A DNA stretch of 64,000 nucleotides. Source: an uncultured Planctomycetaceae bacterium (GTDB taxonomy: Bacteria > Planctomycetota > Planctomycetia > Planctomycetales > Planctomycetaceae). Of this stretch, positions 54,041 to 64,000 are shown piece by piece; position 1 is the first letter of the stretch, and every line of letters begins with the position of its first letter. The position numbers and the translations under genes are program-made. The notes under the pieces are model-generated. The model had not been told where the DNA came from. It ran no database searches and worked only from the letters and a program-made list of their open reading frames with translations. Where the stretch lies: assembly GCA_963813715.1 (NCBI GenBank), contig CAWFAK010000012.1, positions 288,001-352,000 of the forward strand, written 5' to 3'.

Positions 54041-55475
54041 GTGCGGCGACTTTGCTTGTTGACTATCGGAGCGTTGGCCGCCGCAATTGGGGCGATAGCC
54101 GGCGCGGCGCGTGCCGACTCGTGGCCGCAGTTTCGCGGTCCCAACGGTTCGGGCCGGCCGACCGTCGACGCGCCGCTGCCAGCGGAAATCGGTCCGAACA
54201 AGAACGTGGTGTGGGCGACCGAGCTTCCCGGCGGGCACTCGTCTCCCGTCGTCGTGGCCGATCGCATCTTTCTGACGGCCGAGCGCGACAAGCACCTGCT
54301 GACGCTGGCCCTCGAGCGCGCCACCGGCAAGGTTCTTTGGGAGCGTGACGCAAACAACGAGCGATTGGAGGAAATTCACCACATCGGCAGCCATGCGCAG
54401 GCGTCGCCAGCGGCCGACAGCGAACGGGTGGTGACCTTCTTCGGCTCGTCGGGGCTCTGCTGCTACGACCATTGTGGCAAGCTGCTCTGGAAGGTGCCGC
54501 TGGGCCCGTTCAAGAATAACTACGGTGCGGCTAGCTCACCCATTCTGGTGGGCAACCTGGTGATTCTGAACCAGGACCATGACATCGATTCATTTTTGCT
54601 GGCCGTCGACAAGCAAAGCGGAAAGGTCGTGTGGAAAACCGACCGGTCCGAGTTTCCCCGCGGCTTCTCCACGCCCATCGTCTGGAGCAACGAAGGCCAA
54701 CGCCAGATCGTGGTGTCCGGCGGACTCCGCGTGTGCGGCTACGATTCCGCGCGGGCGCGAGCTCTGGACCGTTCGCGGCTCCGCGCGAACGTGCAGCATG
54801 ACGCCGGTCGTCGGCAGTGACGGTACGCTCTTCGTCACCGAGTGGACGCCCGGCGGCGACGAATCCGATCACATCGTCGCCGATTCATTTGAGGAAATGA
54901 CCGCCCGCTACGACGCCAACAAGAACAACCAGCTCGAGCGGAGCGAGATGCCCGCCGGTCCGCTGGCGAGCCGCTTCGACCAGATCGACCGCAACAAAGA
55001 CGGGCACATCACGGCCCGCGAGTACGAGTGGGCCCGCAACATCTTCAATTCCGCGCAAAACGCCACGCTGGCAATCAGCCCCGGCGCTCGCGGCGAGGCC
55101 ACCGATTCGCACGTTCGTCTGGCGCTACGCGAAGAACCTGCCCTACATCCCCTCGCCCGTCTTCGACGGCGGCCGGCTCTACATGGTCAAGAGCGGCGGG
55201 ATCGTGTCTTGCGTCGACGCGACCAGCGGACGGCTGCTCAAGCAAAAGCGGGCGCCGGCGCGCACGACTATTACAGTTCGCCCGTGGTCGGCGACGGCAA
55301 GCTGCTCGTCGTGGACGTCGAGGGCGGCGCGACGATGTTTTCCGCCACGCCCGAGCTCAAGGTGATCTCGACGGCCGACTTCGACGAGCCGACGTACGCC
55401 ACGCCCGCTCTGGTCGACGGCCGGATTTATCTCCGCACGAGCAAACGGCTCTACTGCTTCGGCAATTCACGCTGA
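54041..55475 (+). CDS. PQQ-like/BamB-like beta-propeller protein with EF-hand insert (~3 apparent indels)
   Basis: WPQFRGPNGSG; GHSSPVV; ASSPILV; YATPALVDGRIYLRT. Confidence 0.85.
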
Positions 55476-56365
55476 GCCGTTCCGCGTAGCTCGGCGGGAA
55501 ATGAAAAGTCCCCGACGATCTGCGGCACATAGCGGGCCAGCGCGTTTTGCCAGGTCGGCAATGCGGATCCGATGGTCGCTGACAGCCTCGAGCAGTCGAG
55601 CACGCTATACGCCGGGCGTTTGGCTTTTTGCGGAAAGTCTCGCGAGGGAATCGCGGCCACGGCCACGTCGAGTCCGGCCGCCCGAAAGATTTCGCGGGCA
55701 AAGCCGTGCCAGGTCGTCTCGCCGGAGTTGGTCGCGTGGTACAGGCCGAAACGACGGCTCTCGAGCAGCCTCCAAATTGCCACGGCAATGTCGGCGGCGT
55801 AGCTGGGCGTGCAGTGCTGATCGTCGACCACCTTGAGCGGCCGCCCCTCGGCCGCCATCCGCAGCATCGTCCGCACAAAGTTTCCCTTTCCGGCCGATTG
55901 GGCACGACCGTAAAGGCCGCAGGTGCGGACGACAAAATGCGCCGAACACTCCGCTTGCACAAGCTCCTCGCCTGCCAGCTTGCTCGTGGCGTAGACGCTG
56001 GCTGGCGCAGGCGACTCGGTTTCGACGTGCGGCGTGCGACCTGGAGAATCAGTGAAGACGTAGTCGGTGCTCACGTGCACGAGCGTAGCATTTTGGGCCG
56101 CGCACCAACGTGCGAGGTTCTGTGGTCCTAGCGCGTTGACGGCGTGCGCAAGTTCGGGTTCGTCCTCCGCCCGATCGACAAAATTGTACGCGGCCGCATT
56201 GATGACCCAATCGGCCCCGGCCTTCGTCAGCGCAGACTCGACACTCGCCATTTCGCGAATCTCGATGTCGGCGTGGCCCAGCGGCACGAGCGAAACCTCA
56301 GCGGGACGGCTGGCGGCAACCGCCGTTCCCAATTGGCCGGCTGCGCCGACGAGGGCAACTTTCAT
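55451..56365 (-). CDS. rfbD: dTDP-4-dehydrorhamnose reductase
   Basis: GAAGQLG; NAAAYNFVDRAE; HVSTDYVF; YATSKLAGE; VDDQHCTPS; RPAYSVL. Confidence 0.93.
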   Translation of the reverse strand: MKVALVGAAGQLGTAVAASRPAEVSLVPLGHADIEIREMASVESALTKAGADWVINAAAYNFVDRAEDEPELAHAVNALGPQNLARWCAAQNATLVHVSTDYVFTDSPGRTPHVETESPAPASVYATSKLAGEELVQAECSAHFVVRTCGLYGRAQSAGKGNFVRTMLRMAAEGRPLKVVDDQHCTPSYAADIAVAIWRLLESRRFGLYHATNSGETTWHGFAREIFRAAGLDVAVAAIPSRDFPQKAKRPAYSVLDCSRLSATIGSALPTWQNALARYVPQIVGDFSFPAELRGTAQRELPKQ

Positions 56366-56666
56366 GGAACTCTCTTTCCCCCGCGCGGCAATTGCTTCGC
56401 AGGCCAAGTGTCAGCGGATTCAGCGTCGATTCAGTTAAGAGCACAGTCGATGACAAAAGTGCACAAGCGCGCCCTCTTCTCACCACGCCAGGAAGATTTT
56501 TGACCTCAAAATCGCGGAAACACGGAGCACTTCTCACCAATCCGTCATCTTGCGCCGTGTTGATTCGGAACCTTTGGTTCTGGGATCGGTTTAAAGAGTA
56601 TAGAATCGCTTAGCGGCCACATGAGCAAGCGACCGATTTTGAAACGTTTGTTCACTGGAGCATTTC

Positions 56667-58732
56667 ATGGCTCGGACGCAAACGCAAGCCGCCAAAATGA
56701 CCCGCAGTCTGGCGCGATTTTGGTCGGCGCGAGTTGGCTTGAGCGTGATGGTGGTCGTGGCTTTGAGCGCCGCGACGGCTTTCGCTCAGGATGACAAGCA
56801 GCGCCGAAGTCGGCCACGGGCGACGCGAGTCACTCCGCGACCAAGGGCGACGCGAGTGATGCCGCGACCAAAGGCGAAAAGGGCTCGGCCAAGGGCGAGC
56901 ACTCATCCAAAGGTGAGAAGTCGTGGGGCACTGACTCCTACACGCCGAAACCGGCCACGCATCGCCCGCGTCCGAATGTCGACCTCAAGGATTCTGCCGC
57001 GGTCGCCGCGGCCGTCGATAAGCTGATCCTCGCCAACCTGACCGAGTCGGGAACGCAGCCGGCGCCACGCACCTCGGACGAGGACTTCTTGCGGCGGATC
57101 CACTTCGACCTGGTGGGAACGGTGCCAAGCGCTCGTGAAGTGACGTTGTTCGGCCTCGATCCCGATCCCCAGAAGCGGGACAAGCTCATTGATCGCCTGC
57201 TCAAGAGCGATGAATACTCTCACAACTGGGCCGAATACTGGCGCGACACGATCTTTCTCCGCGCGACCGACATGAAATCTCGCATCGTCGAGGGCGCATT
57301 CGAGAAATGGATGTCCGATCAAATCCGCGAGAACCAGGGCTGGGACAAGATCGTGACGACGCTGCTCACCGCCTCGGGGCCCGTCGCCGATCACGGCGAG
57401 ACGGGGTTGATCTTCGCGCATGGTGGCCAGGCCGATGAGTTGGCGGCCGAAAGCTCGCGAATTTTCCTGGGCATCCAGATTCAGTGCGCCAACTGTCACG
57501 ACCATCCGTCGGACAAATGGAAGCGACAGCAGTTCCACGCATTGGCGGCGTTCTTCCCCCGGGTGAGCGTCCGGCGGATGAAGGGAAGCACCGATCCGCG
57601 AGCCTTCGAGGTTGCGTCCTACGAAGTGCCGGCCGGAGCCAAAGGTAAAGGCAAGGGCGGCAATTTGCAGGAACATCCGGAGCGGCTCTTCGCACGCTTC
57701 GATCGCAATCACGATGGCCGGATCACACGGGCCGAGGTCAAAAACACCAACTTTGAAAAGCCGTTCGAGCGATTGCTGACCCAGGCCGGCAAAAAGGACG
57801 GCTCGCTGACATTAAAGGAAATCAAAGACATTCCCCCGGCCAATCAGAAGGGGCCGCAGGCCGAGCACTACATGCCCGACCTCAAGAATCCGTCGTCCAA
57901 GGGAACCAAGATGGAGCCCGTCTTCTTCGTCAACGGCAAGCGGCCGAAGGCCGGCCTGCCCGACGAAGAACGGCGTCACGCGCTGGCGAAATACCTCACC
58001 GCCGACTCGGATCCCTGGTTCTCCCGCGCCTACGTGAACCGGATGTGGAACGAGATGGTCGGCGAAGGGTTTTACATGCCGGTCGACGATATGGGTCCGC
58101 AGCGGCAAGCGCGGATGCCCGAGGTGCTCGACCTGCTGGCCGATGCCTGGACGGCCAACCACTACGACATGCAGTGGCTGTTCCGCACGATTTCCCACAC
58201 CGAAGCGTATCAGCGCGAGATTCGCCCCAAGGATCCGTCGGTCGAGTCGCCGCCCGTCTTTGCGGCGAGCACCCCCAAGCGTTTGCGGGCCGATCAGCTG
58301 TTCAACGCGATCTGCAAGGTGCTGGGCATCGAGGGCGTCGATGCGAAAGAATCGGAAGGGCCGGGCAAAGGCAAGCGGCCGCTGCGCAATCCGCGGGCTC
58401 AGTTCGCGTTTCTGTTCGGCTACGATCCGTCGACGAGCCAGGACGACCTGACGGGCAACGTGCCGCAGGCCCTGTTCATGATGAACTCACGGCTGATCAA
58501 CAGCCTGATCCACGCTCAAGGCAAGACCCGCCTGGCGACGATCCTGGAAAAATACCCGGAGAACAAGGACGCCGTCCGCGAGGTCTACGTGCTGACTTTG
58601 GCCCGCGAACCGTCCGAAAAGGAAGAGAAGGTCTGCCTCAATTACGTCAAGGACGTCGGCAACCGCCACGAGGGTTTTGAAGACGTCATGTGGAGCCTGA
58701 TGAACTCCAGCGAGTTCCTCTCGAAGCGCTAA
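56667..58732 (+). CDS. DUF1549/DUF1553 planctomycete protein (apparent indel ~56800)
   Basis: Signal peptide; DEDFLRRIHFDLVGTVP; FLGIQIQCANCHDHP; YVNRMW; QALFMMNS; WSLMNSSEF. Confidence 0.9.
56817..56876 (+). repeat. 27-bp coding tandem repeat (~2 copies) in a linker
   Basis: gggcgacgcgagtcactccgcgaccaa / gggcgacgcgagtgatgccgcgaccaa. Confidence 0.7.
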
Positions 58733-58840
58733 CGTTCCCTTGAACTGCGCTCGGAAATACGCTCCGCGTCACGGGAAGAATACGGCTAATCGCTCGCGCG
58801 GCGTCCGAGTGCCTCGCGTCCGCCTATCAAGGATTTGGCC

Positions 58841-60124
58841 ATGAGCCTCTTTCATCACCAACACGTGCAATTCCTCAACCGATACGACTTGTCGCGCCGC
58901 AGCTTCCTGCAGTTCGTTTCGGCCGGCGCTGTCGCCGCCGGGACGCTCAACTTCCGCCAGCTGATGAGCCTGCAGGCGGCCGAGCTGCGGAAGCAGGACC
59001 GGGCGATGATCCTCTTGTGGATGCAAGGCGGACCAAGCCAGTTCGAGACATTCGATCCCAAGCCCCGCACCGAAAACGGCGGCCAGACGCAGGCGATCGC
59101 CACGGCCGTCTCGGGAATTCAAATTGCCAACGGCTGGGAGCAAACCGCCAAAGTGATGAAGGATGTCGCCCTGCTCCGCTCCGTCACGAATAAAGAGGGA
59201 CAACACCAGCGGGCCACCTACCAGTTGCACACGGGCTATCTGCCGACGGGCAGCGTGCGTCACCCCAGCCTGGCGGCCAACATCGCCAAGCAAATCGCCG
59301 ATCTCACCCGCGACCTGCCGGCCGTCGTTTCGGTCGGCCAGACGATCGGCTCGGGCTACTTGGGCGTCGATTACGAACCGTTCGTCGTCGACAATCCGAG
59401 CCAGTTGCCGCGGAATCTCGAGGCGCCGGTGTCCGCGACCCGCTATTCGCGGCGGCTCGGCCTGCTCGACAAGCTCGAGGATGATTTTGGCGGCCGCGGC
59501 GGCCAGACGGTCGTCGACAACCACCGTCGGCTGTATACCAAGGCCTCCAAGATGGCACTGAGTTCGAGCGTCAAAGCCTTCGACATCAACCAGGAGCCGG
59601 AAAACGTCCGCGCCAAATACGGCGACAGCGATTTCGGCCGCGGTTGCCTGCTGGCTCGCCGCCTGGTCGAAGCGGGCGTGACCTTCGTCGAAGTGCAGAG
59701 CCGCGGCTGGGACACGCACGACGACGTCTTTAATCGCGTCTCGAAGCTGACCTCGGACGTCGATCCGGGCTTTGCCGCCCTGGTGAGCGACCTCAAGGAG
59801 CGCGGCAGGCTCGACAAAACGCTCATCGTGTGGATGGGCGAATTCGGTCGCACGCCCAAGATCAACCCGCGCGGCGGACGCGACCACTATCCGCGGGTCT
59901 TTAACGCGGCCATCGCCGGCGGCGGAATCAAGGGCGGACAAGTGATCGGTTCGTCGTCGTCCGACGGCACGACCGTGCAGGACCGGCCCGTGACGATTCC
60001 CGATCTCTTCTGCTCGGTCTGCAAGTCGCTGGAGATCAACCCGCGCGTCGAGTCGATCAGCCCACTCGGCCGTCCGCTCAAGATCGTCGATGGCGGCAAG
60101 CCGGTCGGCGAGCTGTTCGCCTGA
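58841..60124 (+). CDS. DUF1501 domain protein (Tat signal)
   Basis: LSRRSFLQ; WMQGGPSQFETFDPKP; CLLARRLVEAGVTFVEV; GWDTH; GEFGRTP; GRDHYP. Confidence 0.93.
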   Translation: MSLFHHQHVQFLNRYDLSRRSFLQFVSAGAVAAGTLNFRQLMSLQAAELRKQDRAMILLWMQGGPSQFETFDPKPRTENGGQTQAIATAVSGIQIANGWEQTAKVMKDVALLRSVTNKEGQHQRATYQLHTGYLPTGSVRHPSLAANIAKQIADLTRDLPAVVSVGQTIGSGYLGVDYEPFVVDNPSQLPRNLEAPVSATRYSRRLGLLDKLEDDFGGRGGQTVVDNHRRLYTKASKMALSSSVKAFDINQEPENVRAKYGDSDFGRGCLLARRLVEAGVTFVEVQSRGWDTHDDVFNRVSKLTSDVDPGFAALVSDLKERGRLDKTLIVWMGEFGRTPKINPRGGRDHYPRVFNAAIAGGGIKGGQVIGSSSSDGTTVQDRPVTIPDLFCSVCKSLEINPRVESISPLGRPLKIVDGGKPVGELFA

Positions 60125-60778
60125 CCGACGTCGCGAGCAAACGTCCTCTGGTTCGAGCGTTTAAGCGCGCTGTGTCGCCGGCTCGAAACGGATTGCCGGA
60201 CGCCGACGGGCGAGCGGGCTCCGTCGGGCAAAGCGAAGCACGCGTGCAACCACGGGGACGAGGATCCGCTCGCGAGCCCACGCCTGCCATCGGCCCTCGT
60301 TTTGTCGCAGCGCCATGCGAAGCCACATCAGCGCGAACAGGGCGTACGCGATCCACAGCCCGGCCGTGATTAGATCGGGAGATAGTTCCCACGGGCGAAA
60401 CTCGGCCCGCTGGAGCGCGAGCAGGTTCTGCGCTTGTTGCTCTGGGGTGAGGCCCACTTGATTGTCGAGCATCGCACGAGTCCTTGTTCCGGGCAGCCTT
60501 GGCAAAATCGCCCGACCGCTCCCAGTTGAGGCGTCAGAAAGCTGGCGAGCGGACGCCAGTTCGGTCCGAAACGCACGATTGACCGGCAGAATTCCGGCGA
60601 GCCAGTCGAATTCCGGGATTTTTCGGCAATTGGAAAAATTGCGCGTCCGGTGGGCCGCGTGTTCGTCGCCTTAATTCAATAAGGGAAATGGAGCGGCGAC
60701 TCGGACACACGATTTCCGTGATTGGCGATGATTCACCCCCCGGGGTGTTTAGAATCGGGCGGGGGTTCATTTCAGATC

Positions 60779-61393
60779 ATGGCCCGGTCCGTCATGCCGG
60801 ATAGCCCGGCTCAACCACTACCAGAAGGCGAGCTGCCCGCTCTGCTCGACGAAGCGAAGCAGGGCTCGCAGGAGGCAATCGGTGCGCTCCTGGAGCGGCA
60901 CCGCGCCTATCTGTGGGCGCTCGCCCACGAAGAAATCGCCGGCGAATCCCACCTGACGCACACCGTGGCGGACATCGTGCAATCGGCCCAATTGGAGGCC
61001 CTGCGCGATCTGGCCTCGTTTCGCGGGTCGTCGGAAGGGGAGTTTCGATCGTGGCTGCGTCACATCCTTCGCAACAATGTGCTCGACTTGAAACGGGCTC
61101 GCGAGCGACGTCTGCCGCGGGCCGGCCCCGAGGCGGCGCCGGTCGAAGAGCAATGCGATCTCGACGATCGCAGTCCCAGCAGCCAGGTTTCGGCCGGCGA
61201 GCTGGGAGACAAGCTCCGCTCGACGATCGGCGAGCTGCCGCCCGATGAGCGAATGGTGATCGAAATGCACTACTTTCAGGGCAAGACGTACGCGGAAATC
61301 GGCGAATGCATCGGCCGCACTCCCGAGGCAGTCCGCAAACTGTGGGGGCGGGCGCTCGTTCGGCTGCAGTCGATAACAAGGAAGCTCCAATGA
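60779..61393 (+). CDS. ECF sigma factor (planctomycete type)
   Basis: ADIVQ; FRGSSEGEFRSWLRHILRNN; region 4 LPPDERMVI...TYAEIG...AVRKLWGRAL. Confidence 0.9.
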   Translation: MARSVMPDSPAQPLPEGELPALLDEAKQGSQEAIGALLERHRAYLWALAHEEIAGESHLTHTVADIVQSAQLEALRDLASFRGSSEGEFRSWLRHILRNNVLDLKRARERRLPRAGPEAAPVEEQCDLDDRSPSSQVSAGELGDKLRSTIGELPPDERMVIEMHYFQGKTYAEIGECIGRTPEAVRKLWGRALVRLQSITRKLQ

Positions 61394-64000
61394 CCCCCCC
61401 GGAGCCCGTACAAGCCGATCTGGATCCGGCGCTGGAACATCTGATGTCGGAGTTGGACGACGCGCTCTTCGACGGGCGGCCGACCGGGGACTTCGAACAT
61501 CAGATCGCCGAGCAATTCGGTGCAGCCTCCGCGGAGATCGTGGCCACGCTCAAGGCCCTGCATTCCGTGCGTCCTGGTGGCACGGCGTACGCCGAGCAGA
61601 CGCGGGGCACAGCGGACGGCACCACGTGGGTCCGCGCGACAAGCGGCCTGGAAAAGACCGTCTTCGGCCGCTTCGAGATCCTCGAACGGCTGGGCTCCGG
61701 CGGCGCGGGGACCGTGTTTCGGGCCCGAGATTCCCGGCTCGCGCGGTTGATCGCCCTCAAGGTCGCCCGGGCCGAGGCTCTCTTTTCGAGCGAAGCCAAG
61801 CAACGCTTCGTGCGCGAGGCCCAAACGCTGGCCGCGCTACGGCATCCGAACATCATTCCGATCTACGAATTCGGCGAGTCCGGCGGACTTCCCTACATCG
61901 TCGAAGAACTGTGCGACGGGCCTAACCTGGCGATCTGGCTGCGGGACAACGCCGCGACCGGCAAACCCGTCTCCGTCCGATCCGCCGTCGAGTGGATTCT
62001 GCTCCTGGCCGAGGCGGTCGCCCACGCGCACCGCTCCGGCATTGTGCATCGCGATCTCAAACCGTCGAATGTGTTGCTGTCGCGGCCGGCCGAGCATGCT
62101 TCGGGAACTGTTCCTCGGGTCAAGAGCGAAAAACTCGTACCGCGCGTGTCCGACTTCGGCATCGCCAAGCTGTTCGAGACTGAGGAGTCGGTCACGGCGA
62201 GCCAGGCCGTGCTGGGGACCGCCGCTTATATGGCCCCCGAACAGGCCGAGGGACGTTCTCGGGAAGTCGGTCCGCCGGCCGACGTCTACTCGTTGGGAGT
62301 GATCCTCTACGAGCTGCTCACCGGCCAGCGACCGATCGAGGGCCGTAGCGACGTGGACACGCTGCGACGCGTGTTGACCGACGAACCGCTACCGCTCACT
62401 CAGGTACGGCGCGATGTGCCGATCGACTTGGAAGCGATCTGTCTAAAGTGCTTGGACAAGGAATCGGGCGAGCGTTACCCGTCTGCAGCCGAACTTGCGG
62501 AAGACTTGGCGCATTTCCTCAAGGGCGAGCCCGTTTCGGCCCGGCGTCTGCGTCCGGTCGCCCGGCTCTTCCGGCAGATGCGACGGCGTCAGTTGCCACC
62601 GGCGCTGGCGGTCGCCGCGTTTTTCGCCCTGTCGATTGCCGCCGTCCTGGGGATACTCATAATCCGCACTCGCAACGGCGACGTCATTATCTGGCAGTCG
62701 AAGAGCCCGGACAAGCCGCAACGGACCCTCGCCAACAGTCAGACGTATCCCGAAGACATTCATCGCGTTGATCTTCTGCTCCACCGCGCCGAGCCGGACA
62801 TCACGGTTCGGCGTGCGACCGCGAACGAGGCCAGGCGGATTCTTGCCAAATATATTCCGGCGTCGGAGGAAAAAGATCTGCGCGGTTTCGAGTGGCGCTA
62901 TTTGTGGAAAACCGCCGACCCTCAGGCGTTTGCGCCGACCTTCGCAGCGCAGCGCACGGTTTCCGCACATGGCGGCATCGCGTACTTTGTCGCCTTTTCG
63001 GCCAATGGCCGCTTCGTCGCGACCGGTTCTGACGACAAAACGGCCCGCGTCTGGGACGTCGCGACCGGAAAACTGAAGGTCATCCTCTCGGGGCACACGG
63101 GCGATGTGAACTGCGTGGCGTTTTCGCCGGACGGAAAAACTTTGGCGACCGCGAGCGACGACGGGACCGTTCGATTGTGGAACGTCGAGACGGGCACGTT
63201 CCGCGAAGTCATCTGGAAACTTGCCGGTGCGACTATCGGGGTGGCCTTCAATCCGGCAAATGGCCAGCTCGCCTGCGCCGCCTCGAACGGCACCCTGGCG
63301 ATTTTTGACTGCGCCTCTTCCAAGCTGGTCGCCACCATTCAGGCGCACCCAGGCCAGAAGATCGACGACCTGTGCTTCTCTTCCGACGGGAAGATGCTCG
63401 CGACAGCCGGGAGGGATGCAACGGCGCGATTGTGGGATCCTTCCGCCAACTATCGTCAGGTTGCCGCGTTTCAAGTTCCCGACGCGAGATCCGTCGGATT
63501 CAGTCACGACCGGCAGCAGCTGGCCGTCGGCTCCTCCTTCGCAGCTCGCGTCTATCGCATTCGTACCGGCGAACTTCTCTCGCAGATCCCCATCGAGGGC
63601 CAGAAAGTCCGTTGCGTGCGATTCAGCGAGGACGATTCCTCGTTGCTCACCGCCGGAGACCGATCAACCGCGTGCCTGGTGGATCTGACGACGGGCGAGA
63701 TCTGGGATCCGTTCGGCACTTCCGAGGTGCTCTGGTGCGCTGCGTTCTCGCCGAACGGCAAATTGGTTGCAACTACCGACGCGACCGGAAAGCTCGTCCT
63801 CTGGGATTGTTCCGCCCGGCTGGGTTTTCGTGGGACCGAGCTCGATGTTCCGGCCGGGTCGCCCGCTGCGCGCCTGGCAATCTCTTCCGATGGTGGACGA
63901 ATCGCGGTTGCCGCTGACGCCGTCGCGGTCAAAAACCAGAACGGCGCCGGTGAACTCGCAGTTTGGGACGTCGCGCTTCCACAGCCCAAACGCTTGCTAC
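61390..64000 (+). CDS. Ser/Thr protein kinase with TM helix and WD40 repeats (runs off the right edge; absent from the ORF track)
   Basis: Translated by hand from ATG 61390, overlapping the sigma stop: LGSGGAGTVF, HRDLKPSNVLL, DFGIAK, YMAPEQ, DVYSLG; LRGFEWRYLW; GHTGDVNCVAFSPDG. Confidence 0.93.
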   Translation, partial: MTPPEPVQADLDPALEHLMSELDDALFDGRPTGDFEHQIAEQFGAASAEIVATLKALHSVRPGGTAYAEQTRGTADGTTWVRATSGLEKTVFGRFEILERLGSGGAGTVFRARDSRLARLIALKVARAEALFSSEAKQRFVREAQTLAALRHPNIIPIYEFGESGGLPYIVEELCDGPNLAIWLRDNAATGKPVSVRSAVEWILLLAEAVAHAHRSGIVHRDLKPSNVLLSRPAEHASGTVPRVKSEKLVPRVSDFGIAKLFETEESVTASQAVLGTAAYMAPEQAEGRSREVGPPADVYSLGVILYELLTGQRPIEGRSDVDTLRRVLTDEPLPLTQVRRDVPIDLEAICLKCLDKESGERYPSAAELAEDLAHFLKGEPVSARRLRPVARLFRQMRRRQLPPALAVAAFFALSIAAVLGILIIRTRNGDVIIWQSKSPDKPQRTLANSQTYPEDIHRVDLLLHRAEPDITVRRATANEARRILAKYIPASEEKDLRGFEWRYLWKTADPQAFAPTFAAQRTVSAHGGIAYFVAFSANGRFVATGSDDKTARVWDVATGKLKVILSGHTGDVNCVAFSPDGKTLATASDDGTVRLWNVETGTFREVIWKLAGATIGVAFNPANGQLACAASNGTLAIFDCASSKLVATIQAHPGQKIDDLCFSSDGKMLATAGRDATARLWDPSANYRQVAAFQVPDARSVGFSHDRQQLAVGSSFAARVYRIRTGELLSQIPIEGQKVRCVRFSEDDSSLLTAGDRSTACLVDLTTGEIWDPFGTSEVLWCAAFSPNGKLVATTDATGKLVLWDCSARLGFRGTELDVPAGSPAARLAISSDGGRIAVAADAVAVKNQNGAGELAVWDVALPQPKRLL

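Overview
High-GC bacterial DNA with a gene set typical of Planctomycetota: giant secretin, DUF1549/DUF1553 plus DUF1501 pair, PVC-type heme-binding dehydrogenase, ECF sigma plus Ser/Thr-kinase-WD40 pair, LRR and PQQ-propeller proteins. About 20 apparent frameshifts, including in mfd, point to uncorrected long-read indels, so split ORFs are joined here. Most of the window is ordinary chromosome. The exception is ~10.3-23.4 kb, an accessory tract directly downstream of an aldo/keto reductase (AKR) gene. The 3' end of that gene recurs twice more (13199-13388, 8 differences in 190 bp, mostly silent; 16758-16868, shorter and more decayed). Each copy closes a ~3 kb cargo block, and no integrase or transposase is visible. 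The tract also holds two diverged paralogues of a secreted Ig/transthyretin-like repeat protein, orphan immunity-like genes, REP-like doublets, and a ~1 kb non-coding stretch dense in direct repeats and palindromes. No rRNA, tRNA, CRISPR array or recognisable mobile-element gene was found. All family calls come from motif recognition by eye, not from database searches.
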